In this document: positions 9,068-16,240 of the stretch, in pieces
How the letters are laid out: each line of letters opens with the position of its first letter
Numbering within the stretch: position 1 is the stretch's first letter
Assembly (NCBI GenBank): GCA_045586685.1
Contig: JAZNAU010000025.1
Location: 1 to 64,000 of the forward strand
DNA from: Clostridia bacterium
GTDB taxonomy: Bacteria; Bacillota; Clostridia; HGM11514
Direction of reading: 5' to 3'
Length of the DNA: 64,000 nt
The notes under the pieces: model-generated
Seen by the model: the letters and a program-made list of their open reading frames with translations, nothing else
Told to the model about the DNA's origin: nothing
Databases searched by the model: none
Made by a program: the position numbers and the translations under genes

Positions 9068-9947
9068 GGTAATTGGTGTACGCTTTAAAAACGTTGGAAA
9101 AATATATTATTTTGACCCTGCGGGCAAAAAGGTGGAAAGAGATCACCATGTCATTGTGGAAACTGCTCGAGGAGTGGAATTCGGGACGGTGGTGATGCCT
9201 AATTTTCAGATAGAGGAATCTGAAATTACGGCTCCTTTAAAAAAGATGCTTCGTCTGGCGGAAAAAGAAGACGAGGAGAGAATCCTGAACAACGCAAAAA
9301 AAGAGCGGGAGGCATTTGCCGTTTGTCAAGAGAAAATTCGGGAACACAATTTGGATATGAAGCTGATTGACGTGGAATATACCTTTGATGGCAGTAAAAT
9401 TTTGTTTTATTTTACCGCAGAAGGACGTGTGGATTTCAGAGAATTGGTAAAGGGTCTGGCATCTGTATTCCGTACCAGAATCGAACTTCGACAGATTGGC
9501 GTTCGAGATGAAGCAAAGCTTCTGGGAGGTTTGGGAATTTGCGGAAGAAGCTTATGTTGTGCCAGCTTTTTGGGAGAATTTGCACCCGTTTCCATTAAAA
9601 TGGCAAAGGAACAGAGCTTGTCTTTGAATCCTACCAAGATTTCGGGTGTGTGCGGCAGACTCATGTGTTGCTTAAAATACGAGCAGGAGGCTTATGAGGA
9701 TTTGCATAAAATCACTCCTAAGGTGGGGGCGATTGTAAAAACGCCTGACGGAAAAGGGGAAGTAACCTCGGTGAACCTTCTTCGCGGTCAGATTAAGGTG
9801 AAACTGGAGCGAGATGAGAGTATGCAGGTTTATCCTGTTTCAGAGCTGAAAATAGTAAAGGCGAACCCTCAGGGAAAAGAAAATAAAAAGATGACAGAAG
9901 AAGAAAAAAATGCTGAAAAAATTCTAAAAGAATTAGAAAAAGAATAA
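9060..9947 (+). CDS. yaaT: Stage 0 sporulation / RicT (PSP1 domain) protein
   Basis: VIGVRFK, GKIYYFDP, RIELRQIGVRDEAK, GICGRSLCC, GVCGRLMCCLKYE; ATG at 9060 after AAGGAG. Confidence 0.93.
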   Translation: MLEVIGVRFKNVGKIYYFDPAGKKVERDHHVIVETARGVEFGTVVMPNFQIEESEITAPLKKMLRLAEKEDEERILNNAKKEREAFAVCQEKIREHNLDMKLIDVEYTFDGSKILFYFTAEGRVDFRELVKGLASVFRTRIELRQIGVRDEAKLLGGLGICGRSLCCASFLGEFAPVSIKMAKEQSLSLNPTKISGVCGRLMCCLKYEQEAYEDLHKITPKVGAIVKTPDGKGEVTSVNLLRGQIKVKLERDESMQVYPVSELKIVKANPQGKENKKMTEEEKNAEKILKELEKE

Positions 9948-10034
9948 AATAGACTTGAAATTTGTTAAAATCTATGTTATAATAACAAAAAGTGACCTGT
10001 TTTTGCAGGAATTCCATGGAGGAGGTGTTTTCCA

Positions 10035-10205
10035 ATGGCATACAAAATTAGTGATGATTGCATCAGCTGCGGTGCTTGTGCTTCTGAATGTCCTACTTCT
10101 GCTATTTCTGAAGGAGATGGCAAATACGTAATCGATGCAGACGCATGCGTAAGCTGCGGTGCTTGTGCAGGAGTTTGTCCTGTTGATGCTCCTTCCGAGG
10201 ACTAA
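10035..10205 (+). CDS. 2x[4Fe-4S] clostridial ferredoxin, 56 aa (not in ORF track)
   Basis: Read directly: MAYKISDDCISCGACASECPTSAISEGDGKYVIDADACVSCGACAGVCPVDAPSED*; two CxxCxxCxxxCP motifs; RBS GGAGGTG. Confidence 0.95.
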   Translation: MAYKISDDCISCGACASECPTSAISEGDGKYVIDADACVSCGACAGVCPVDAPSED

Positions 10206-10214
10206 TCAAAAAAG

Positions 10215-10247
10215 AAAAAAGCTCGTGGGAAACCATGAGCTTTTTTT
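10215..10247 (+). terminator. Intrinsic terminator after ferredoxin
   Basis: GCTCGTGG-GAAA-CCATGAGC followed by T7. Confidence 0.8.
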
Positions 10248-10266
10248 ATACAATCAGGAGATAAAA

Positions 10267-11004
10267 ATGATGAATCAATGGGAACGCTGGGATGATTTGC
10301 AACTGGGCGGTTTTGGAATTTATCAAGATAAACGCCTTTTTTGTTTTGGTGTGGATGCAGTGCTTTTGGCAGATTTTTGTCGGGTGAGACCAGGGGAACG
10401 AGTTTTGGATTTATGCACCGGAAACGGGATTATCCCTATTTTACTTGCAGGAAAAACAAAGGCGGCGCATATTACGGGTATAGAAATTTCCGGTCGAAAC
10501 TGCGAATTGTTTCAAAAAAGTATTGAAAAAAATAAGCTTAAAGAAAAGCTGACGGTGTGTCAGGGTGATATCAGGGGCATCAGGTCTTTGGTTTCCTGTG
10601 GCAGTTATGATACACTGACCTGCAATCCCCCTTATATGGAAGTAGGGCGTGGATTATTAAATACCAGCGATGAGGTAACATGGGCAAGGCATGAGGTCAT
10701 GTGCACCCTTGCAGATGTGTTGGATGGGGCGGCGTGGTCGGTAAAATCAGGGGGCAGAGTCTGTATGATTCACCGTCCTGACAGAATGGAGGATTTGCTT
10801 GTAGGAATGCGACAAAGGAAGCTGGAACCCAAGCGATTTCGAGGGGTCTATCCAAAACCGAACGAAAAGGCAACGATGATTTTGGTGGAAGGTGTTCGGG
10901 ACGGAAAACCGGGCATGGATGTGTTGCCACCTTTGTATATTTATGATGAACAGGGAAATGAAACCGAGGAAATCAAGAGAATTTACGGAAGAACAGAAGC
11001 TTAA
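10267..11004 (+). CDS. yabB: tRNA1(Val) A37 N6-methyltransferase, YabB/TrmN6 family
   Basis: FCFGVDAVLLA, LDLCTGNG, CNPPY, ARHE; start at ATG 10267 after AGGAG. Confidence 0.88.
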   Translation: MMNQWERWDDLQLGGFGIYQDKRLFCFGVDAVLLADFCRVRPGERVLDLCTGNGIIPILLAGKTKAAHITGIEISGRNCELFQKSIEKNKLKEKLTVCQGDIRGIRSLVSCGSYDTLTCNPPYMEVGRGLLNTSDEVTWARHEVMCTLADVLDGAAWSVKSGGRVCMIHRPDRMEDLLVGMRQRKLEPKRFRGVYPKPNEKATMILVEGVRDGKPGMDVLPPLYIYDEQGNETEEIKRIYGRTEA

Positions 11005-11061
11005 ATTATTTAAAAAAATATCGTTGTTATGAACGATATTTTTTTATTCTAAAATTTCCCT

Positions 11062-11691
11062 TTATAACAAAGTAATTTGTCTGCCTTTGGAGAGAAATAA
11101 TCCTTCCTCCTTCATTTTTTTCATTTCACGCATCATGGCACTGCGGTTCACGCAAAGAAAGTCTGCCAAATCGTTCATGGAAAAGGGAAGGGTGAAGGTG
11201 CGCGTGTCTAAGGTTTTGGCGGTAGTTTCAAAGTATGCCAGCAATTTTCCCCGTAAAGTGCGGTGACTCAGAATATCAATCCGACTGCTCAAATTCATGC
11301 TACGGTGTATCATCATACGAAGAACGTTTTCTACCAAAGTGCTGTGATGTGGGCAGACGTTGGGACAGCGGTCCACCAGGTGATAATAAGAAAAGGTAAT
11401 GACTTCACAGTCTTTGGAGCAGATAATGGATGCTGTATCGGCAGGTACAATATTCAGCTTGCCGAAAATATGGTCAGGGTCGTATCGTTCTAAAATGGTG
11501 CGGGTTCCGTCCTCCTCGTATCGAACCAATTCTGCTTCTCCGTACAGCAGAATCCCAATCTGATCAAATTCATTAGCATACATTACAATGGTGTCCCCGC
11601 AAGAATATTTTTTTCGTTTTGCCTTGAAACAGTGCATCATTGCATCAATTTCTTCCTGAGTGATAGAATAGAAAATAGCAGGCTTTTTCAT
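11062..11691 (-). CDS. Crp/Fnr family transcriptional regulator
   Basis: cNMP-binding-like N-domain, CPNVCPHH, ILSHRTLRGKLLAY, HTH LADFLCVNRSAMMRE. Confidence 0.9.
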   Translation of the reverse strand: MKKPAIFYSITQEEIDAMMHCFKAKRKKYSCGDTIVMYANEFDQIGILLYGEAELVRYEEDGTRTILERYDPDHIFGKLNIVPADTASIICSKDCEVITFSYYHLVDRCPNVCPHHSTLVENVLRMMIHRSMNLSSRIDILSHRTLRGKLLAYFETTAKTLDTRTFTLPFSMNDLADFLCVNRSAMMREMKKMKEEGLFLSKGRQITLL

Positions 11692-11699
11692 AAGTACCT

Positions 11700-11746
11700 C
11701 CACAAGATATTGTGTTTAAATAAAAAAATTTTACCATATATTTTAT
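11700..11746. promoter_or_regulatory. Tandem NrdR boxes
   Basis: CCACAAGATATTGTGT (11700-11715) fits acaCwAtATaTwGtgt; weaker TTACCATATATTTTAT 31 bp further on; adjacent to nrdD. Confidence 0.7.
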
Positions 11747-11760
11747 AATAACATATTTTT

Positions 11761-11774
11761 GTTGCAAATGCAAC
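11761..11774. promoter_or_regulatory. Putative Crp/Fnr-family operator
   Basis: Palindrome GTTGCA-AA-TGCAAC centred about -41.5 from a start inferred from TATGAT (11797-11802). Confidence 0.55.
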
Positions 11775-11839
11775 TGATTTTTCCGAAAAAAAGGAGTATG
11801 ATTATAAATACATCGAAAAAAAGAAAGGAGAAAAGGGAA

Positions 11840-13966
11840 ATGCAAGTCATAAAAAGAGACGGACGGATTGTGGAATATGATAGGACGAAGATTGCGGTTG
11901 CCATTCAGAAGGCAAATGATGCGGTAGAAGAATCGGAACGTGCGTCACAGCAAGAAATTGACGAGATTCTCTCCTACATTGAAAAAAGAAATAAGCAAAG
12001 AATGCTGGTAGAGGATATTCAGGATATTATCGAACGTAAGCTGATGGAATTCAATCATTATATATTGGCAAAAATCTATATTATTTACCGTTATTCCAGA
12101 GCGTTGGTAAGAAAGGCAAACACCACGGATGAATCCATTCTGACCCTGATTCAGAACGCCAATCGGGATGTGATGGAGGAAAATTCTAATAAAAATGCGG
12201 TTGCCGCTGCAACTCAACGTGATTTGATTGCGGGAGAGGTATCCAAGGATTTAACCAAGCGCATTTTACTGCCCGAAAAAATTTCCAATGCCCACGAGGA
12301 GGGTGCGATTCATTTTCACGATGCAGATTATTTTTTACAGCCCATTTTTAACTGCTGTTTGATTGATATCGGAAATATGCTGGACAACGGTACTGTGATG
12401 AACGGAAAAATGATTGAAAGCCCCAAAAGCTTTCAGGTTGCATGTACTGTTATGACGCAGATTATCGCTGCCGTTGCAAGCAGTCAGTATGGCGGTCAGT
12501 CGGTGGATATCCGTCATTTGGGGAAATATCTTAAGAAAAGCTATTTAAAATATAAAAAGAGCATTAGTGAGGTGGCAAATGGTGAACTGAGCGAGGAAGT
12601 GCTGGAAAAACTGACACGGGACAGAGTGACGGACGAGCTTCGTTCCGGAGTACAAACCATTCAGTATCAGATCAATACTTTGATGACCACAAACGGTCAG
12701 TCTCCCTTTGTAACTTTGTTTTTACACCTTGATCCGCAGGATGAATATCTGAAAGAAAATGCGATGATTATAGAAGAAATTCTCCGCCAGAGGTTAGAGG
12801 GCATAAAAAATGAACAGGGTGTTTATGTGACCCCCGCTTTTCCAAAATTGGTGTATGTTCTTGACGAGCACAACTGCCTTAAGGGAGGTCGGTATGATTA
12901 CATCACCAAATTGGCGGTAAAATGTTCTGCAAAGCGGTTGTATCCTGACTATATTTCCGCAAAGAAAATGCGGGAGCATTATGAAAATAATGTATTCAGT
13001 CCCATGGGTTGCAGAAGCTTTTTATCACCCTGGAAGGACGATGAAGGAAATGATAAGTTTGAAGGACGGTTCAACCAAGGAGTGGTGAGCCTGAATCTTC
13101 CTCAGCTTGGTATTCTGGCAAAAGGGGACGAGGAAGAATTCTGGAAACTGATGGAGGACAGACTTGCACTTTGCTTTGAGGCGCTTATGTGCCGTCATCG
13201 GGCATTGCAGGGGGTTAAGTCGGATGTGAGCCCTGTGCATTGGCAATACGGAGCCATTGCAAGGCTGGATAAGGGTGAAACCATAGATCAATTCCTGTAC
13301 GGGGGCTATTCCAGTATTTCCTTGGGCTATATCGGACTTTATGAATTAACGAAGCTCATGAAAGGTGTTTCCCATACCCAAGAAGGGGGCAAGGAATTTG
13401 CCCTGAAGGTGATGCAACATCTAAGGGATACCACCGACCGTTGGAAAAAAGAAACGGGTATCGGCTTTGCTCTGTATGGTACTCCTGCAGAATCTTTGTG
13501 CTATCGTTTTGCACGGATTGACAAACAACGATTTGGTACCATCAAGGACGTGACTGACAAAGGCTATTATACCAATTCCTATCATGTGGATGTACGGGAG
13601 GAGATTGACGCCTTTTCCAAATTTGCCTTTGAAAGCCAGTTCCAGACCATTTCCTCGGGAGGTGCTATTTCCTATGTGGAAATTCCCAATATGCGGAATA
13701 ATCTGGAAGCATTGGAGGATGTGGTACGGTTTATTTACGACAATATCCAGTATGCGGAGTTTAATACTAAGAGTGATTACTGCCATGAGTGCGGTTACGA
13801 CGGAGAAATTATGATAAATGATGACAACGAGTGGGAATGCCCTGTTTGTCATAACATGGATCACAGAAAGATGAATGTGACCAGACGAACCTGCGGATAC
13901 CTTGGAGAAAACTTCTGGAATGTAGGAAAAACCAAGGAAATTAAGGCGAGAGTATTACATTTGTAA
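11840..13966 (+). CDS. nrdD: Anaerobic (class III) ribonucleoside-triphosphate reductase
   Basis: ATP-cone VIKRDGR, MGCRS finger loop, YYTNSYH, CHECG..CPVC, glycyl-radical motif RTCGYLG. Confidence 0.97.
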   Translation: MQVIKRDGRIVEYDRTKIAVAIQKANDAVEESERASQQEIDEILSYIEKRNKQRMLVEDIQDIIERKLMEFNHYILAKIYIIYRYSRALVRKANTTDESILTLIQNANRDVMEENSNKNAVAAATQRDLIAGEVSKDLTKRILLPEKISNAHEEGAIHFHDADYFLQPIFNCCLIDIGNMLDNGTVMNGKMIESPKSFQVACTVMTQIIAAVASSQYGGQSVDIRHLGKYLKKSYLKYKKSISEVANGELSEEVLEKLTRDRVTDELRSGVQTIQYQINTLMTTNGQSPFVTLFLHLDPQDEYLKENAMIIEEILRQRLEGIKNEQGVYVTPAFPKLVYVLDEHNCLKGGRYDYITKLAVKCSAKRLYPDYISAKKMREHYENNVFSPMGCRSFLSPWKDDEGNDKFEGRFNQGVVSLNLPQLGILAKGDEEEFWKLMEDRLALCFEALMCRHRALQGVKSDVSPVHWQYGAIARLDKGETIDQFLYGGYSSISLGYIGLYELTKLMKGVSHTQEGGKEFALKVMQHLRDTTDRWKKETGIGFALYGTPAESLCYRFARIDKQRFGTIKDVTDKGYYTNSYHVDVREEIDAFSKFAFESQFQTISSGGAISYVEIPNMRNNLEALEDVVRFIYDNIQYAEFNTKSDYCHECGYDGEIMINDDNEWECPVCHNMDHRKMNVTRRTCGYLGENFWNVGKTKEIKARVLHL

Positions 13967-13981
13967 AAAAGGAAAAAATAT

Positions 13982-14497
13982 ATGAATTATGCAGTGATAA
14001 AACCTCATGATGTTGCCAACGGCCCTGGGGTGAGAGTATCCCTGTTTGTCAGCGGATGTCCTCATCGGTGCCCAGGATGCTTTAATAAAGAAACCTGGGA
14101 TTACCAATACGGCGCTCCTTATACGAGCCGAACAGAAGAAGAAATTTTATCCGCGTTAGCTCCCTCCTATATCAAGGGATTTTCCCTGCTGGGCGGAGAG
14201 CCCTTTGTTCCGGAGCATCAGAAAGTCTTGTTTCCTTTGCTGAAAAAAATACAAGAGACTTTGCCGGAAAAAACAGTATGGGCATACAGCGGTTACACTT
14301 GGGATACTCTGCCTGACAGGTGTTTGCTCCCTTACATTGACGTATTGGTGGACGGCCCCTTTATTGAGGCGGAAAAGGATTTAAATTTACGGTTTCGTGG
14401 GTCGGGAAACCAACGGTTGATTGATGTACAAAAAAGTTTGAAGCAAGGGAAAGTTATCTTGTGGACAGACACGAGAATAGAGGAGGAAGAAAAATGA
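13982..14497 (+). CDS. nrdG: Anaerobic RNR activating radical SAM protein
   Basis: DVANGPGVRVSLFVSGCPHRCPGCFN, LLGGEP, RGSGNQR. Confidence 0.96.
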   Translation: MNYAVIKPHDVANGPGVRVSLFVSGCPHRCPGCFNKETWDYQYGAPYTSRTEEEILSALAPSYIKGFSLLGGEPFVPEHQKVLFPLLKKIQETLPEKTVWAYSGYTWDTLPDRCLLPYIDVLVDGPFIEAEKDLNLRFRGSGNQRLIDVQKSLKQGKVILWTDTRIEEEEK

Positions 14498-14925
14498 AAG
14501 TAGCAATACAAAAATTAGATGATCGTGCAGTGGTGCCTACTTACGGGTCAGAATTTTCTGCCGGTGCGGATTTATATGCTATAGAAGATGCGGTGGTTGA
14601 AGCAGGAGAAACGGTGCTGGTGCATACGGGACTTGCTATGGAAATCCCCCAAGGCTACGGTGGTTTTATTTACGCCAGAAGCGGTCTTGCCAGCAAAAAG
14701 GGGCTTGCCCCTGCCAACAAGGTGGGTGTGATTGATGCGGACTATCGGGGAGAGATTATGGTGGCACTATATAATCATTCAAAGGAAAGCAGAACCGTTT
14801 TGGCAGGAGAACGGATTGCTCAGCTGGTGATTGCACCCTTCCTGAAAGCCGAATTTGAAGTAACGGAAAGTTTGTCCGATACCCTTCGCGGAAGCGGTGG
14901 TTTTGGTTCAACAGGAACAAAATAG
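14494..14925 (+). CDS. dut: dUTP diphosphatase
   Basis: AGADL, RSGLA, GVIDADYRGE, RIAQLV, RGSGGFGSTG. Confidence 0.96.
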   Translation: MKVAIQKLDDRAVVPTYGSEFSAGADLYAIEDAVVEAGETVLVHTGLAMEIPQGYGGFIYARSGLASKKGLAPANKVGVIDADYRGEIMVALYNHSKESRTVLAGERIAQLVIAPFLKAEFEVTESLSDTLRGSGGFGSTGTK

Positions 14926-14976
14926 TATAAATTATTCCTAAAAAAGATAGAATAAAAAGAAAGGGAGGAAGAATAA

Positions 14977-15576
14977 ATGGATAAGTCGGCAATGTTTCGT
15001 CTGGGCTATGGTCTTTATATCCTCACCGCCAAGGATGGGGAAAAAGACAATGGTTGTGTCATCAACACCGTCATGCAGGTGACAGACAATCCTTTACAGG
15101 TGATGATAGGGGTCAACAAGAGCAATTATACCCATGCTATGATGGTGAAAACAGGGAAGTTTAATGTATCTGTTTTATCGGAATCTGCGCCTTTTTTTGT
15201 TTTTCAACATTTTGGCTTTCAGTCGGGAAAAACAGTAAATAAGTTTGAAAATCAAACAGTAGAACGCGGAATAAATGATGTGGCAGTTGTAAAAGAGCAT
15301 TGCAATGCCTACTTAGAGTGCAGCATCAAAGAGATTATGGATGCAGGTACTCACAGCCTCTTTTTAGCCGAGGTGACGGAAGCGGAGGTGTTGGGAGATG
15401 CTCCTTCTATGACCTATTCTTATTATCACAGACATGTAAAACCAAAGCCTGACAAAAAGGCAAAGGGCTGGCGCTGTAAAATCTGCGGTTATGTGTACGA
15501 GGGCGAGGAATTGCCCGATGATTTTATTTGTCCTCTTTGTAAGCATGGAGCATCGGATTTTGAAAAAATAGAATAA
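14977..15576 (+). CDS. Flavin reductase-like protein with C-terminal rubredoxin domain
   Basis: YGLYILT, NGCVINT, FGFQSG, GTHSLF; C-terminal WRCKICGYVY..CPLC. Confidence 0.9.
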   Translation: MDKSAMFRLGYGLYILTAKDGEKDNGCVINTVMQVTDNPLQVMIGVNKSNYTHAMMVKTGKFNVSVLSESAPFFVFQHFGFQSGKTVNKFENQTVERGINDVAVVKEHCNAYLECSIKEIMDAGTHSLFLAEVTEAEVLGDAPSMTYSYYHRHVKPKPDKKAKGWRCKICGYVYEGEELPDDFICPLCKHGASDFEKIE

Positions 15577-15586
15577 AATTGAAGAA

Positions 15587-15639
15587 AGATGCACTGACCG
15601 CACAAAGCAAGAAGATTGCTTTATGCATCGGTGCATTTT
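15587..15639 (+). terminator. Long hairpin ending the nrdD operon
   Basis: ATGCACTGA..GCA.AAAGCAA / TTGCTTT.TGC..TCGGTGCAT followed by T run. Confidence 0.6.
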
Positions 15640-15696
15640 TACTATAATTTCAAAATTTCTCTTTTCTTTTTCTGAAAACTATGGTATAATAGATTT

Positions 15697-15865
15697 GCGA
15701 CATAATTTTATATTCCTTAATTTACTTTACATAAGTGTGTATTTTTTATCCTATGATAAAAATGCACGCTCCATTTCGTTTGCTTATGTAAAGTAAAAGG
15801 AAAAATTGTGTCGCTACAAGGAGTTGTGCATTTTTGGGTGCGTGGCTCCGGCTGCGCACTTTTTT
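15697..15865 (+). ncRNA. Candidate structured leader or small RNA (unassigned family)
   Basis: Begins about 7 nt after TGnTATAAT (15682-15690); 118-nt nested inverted repeat 15697-15814 incl. a perfect 15-bp helix; ends in GC hairpin plus T run 15837-15865. Confidence 0.55.
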
Positions 15866-15885
15866 ATTATAAGGAGGAAGGTAGA

Positions 15886-16176
15886 ATGGGGATAAAAAAA
15901 GAATTGGTGATGGAAGCAATTATGGCTATGATGAAAGAAAATTTTGACCGTTATCTGGAGTTTGATGAAACAAATGTGGCGGACACCGTTGCCATTCAGG
16001 TAGTTTCGGAAATTCAGAAGGTACTGCAAGCAGATTATTATTACTATGACCCCGATGATTATAATGAAATATTGGAAAATCAAGGGGAAAATACAGATTT
16101 TGATATTGTGGAAGCCATTGTTCGTATTTTTGAGAAATATCATCTTGATGCAGGTGCGTGTCATGATTTTGGGTAA
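15886..16176 (+). CDS. Small acidic hypothetical protein, 96 aa, ending ACHDFG
   Basis: Strong RBS AAGGAGG 15871-15877, ATG 15886; no recognisable family. Confidence 0.75.
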   Translation: MGIKKELVMEAIMAMMKENFDRYLEFDETNVADTVAIQVVSEIQKVLQADYYYYDPDDYNEILENQGENTDFDIVEAIVRIFEKYHLDAGACHDFG

Positions 16177-16240
16177 GTTCAAAAAAATTTTGGAATATAA
16201 AAGGGAACCTAAATAGGTTCCCTCGTCTAGCCACCAAATT

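Noticed and set aside
10159-10266. Extended start of the methyltransferase
   Set aside because: Overlaps the ferredoxin and its terminator
16120-16145. RIFEKYH as a HEPN R-X4-6-H motif in the orphan protein
   Set aside because: Such a short pattern arises by chance and the protein is small for a HEPN RNase; not used as evidence
15814-16237. Antisense ORFs over the 96-aa gene as a possible type I toxin
   Set aside because: No RBS; hydrophobic look is what the reverse strand of an acidic gene gives
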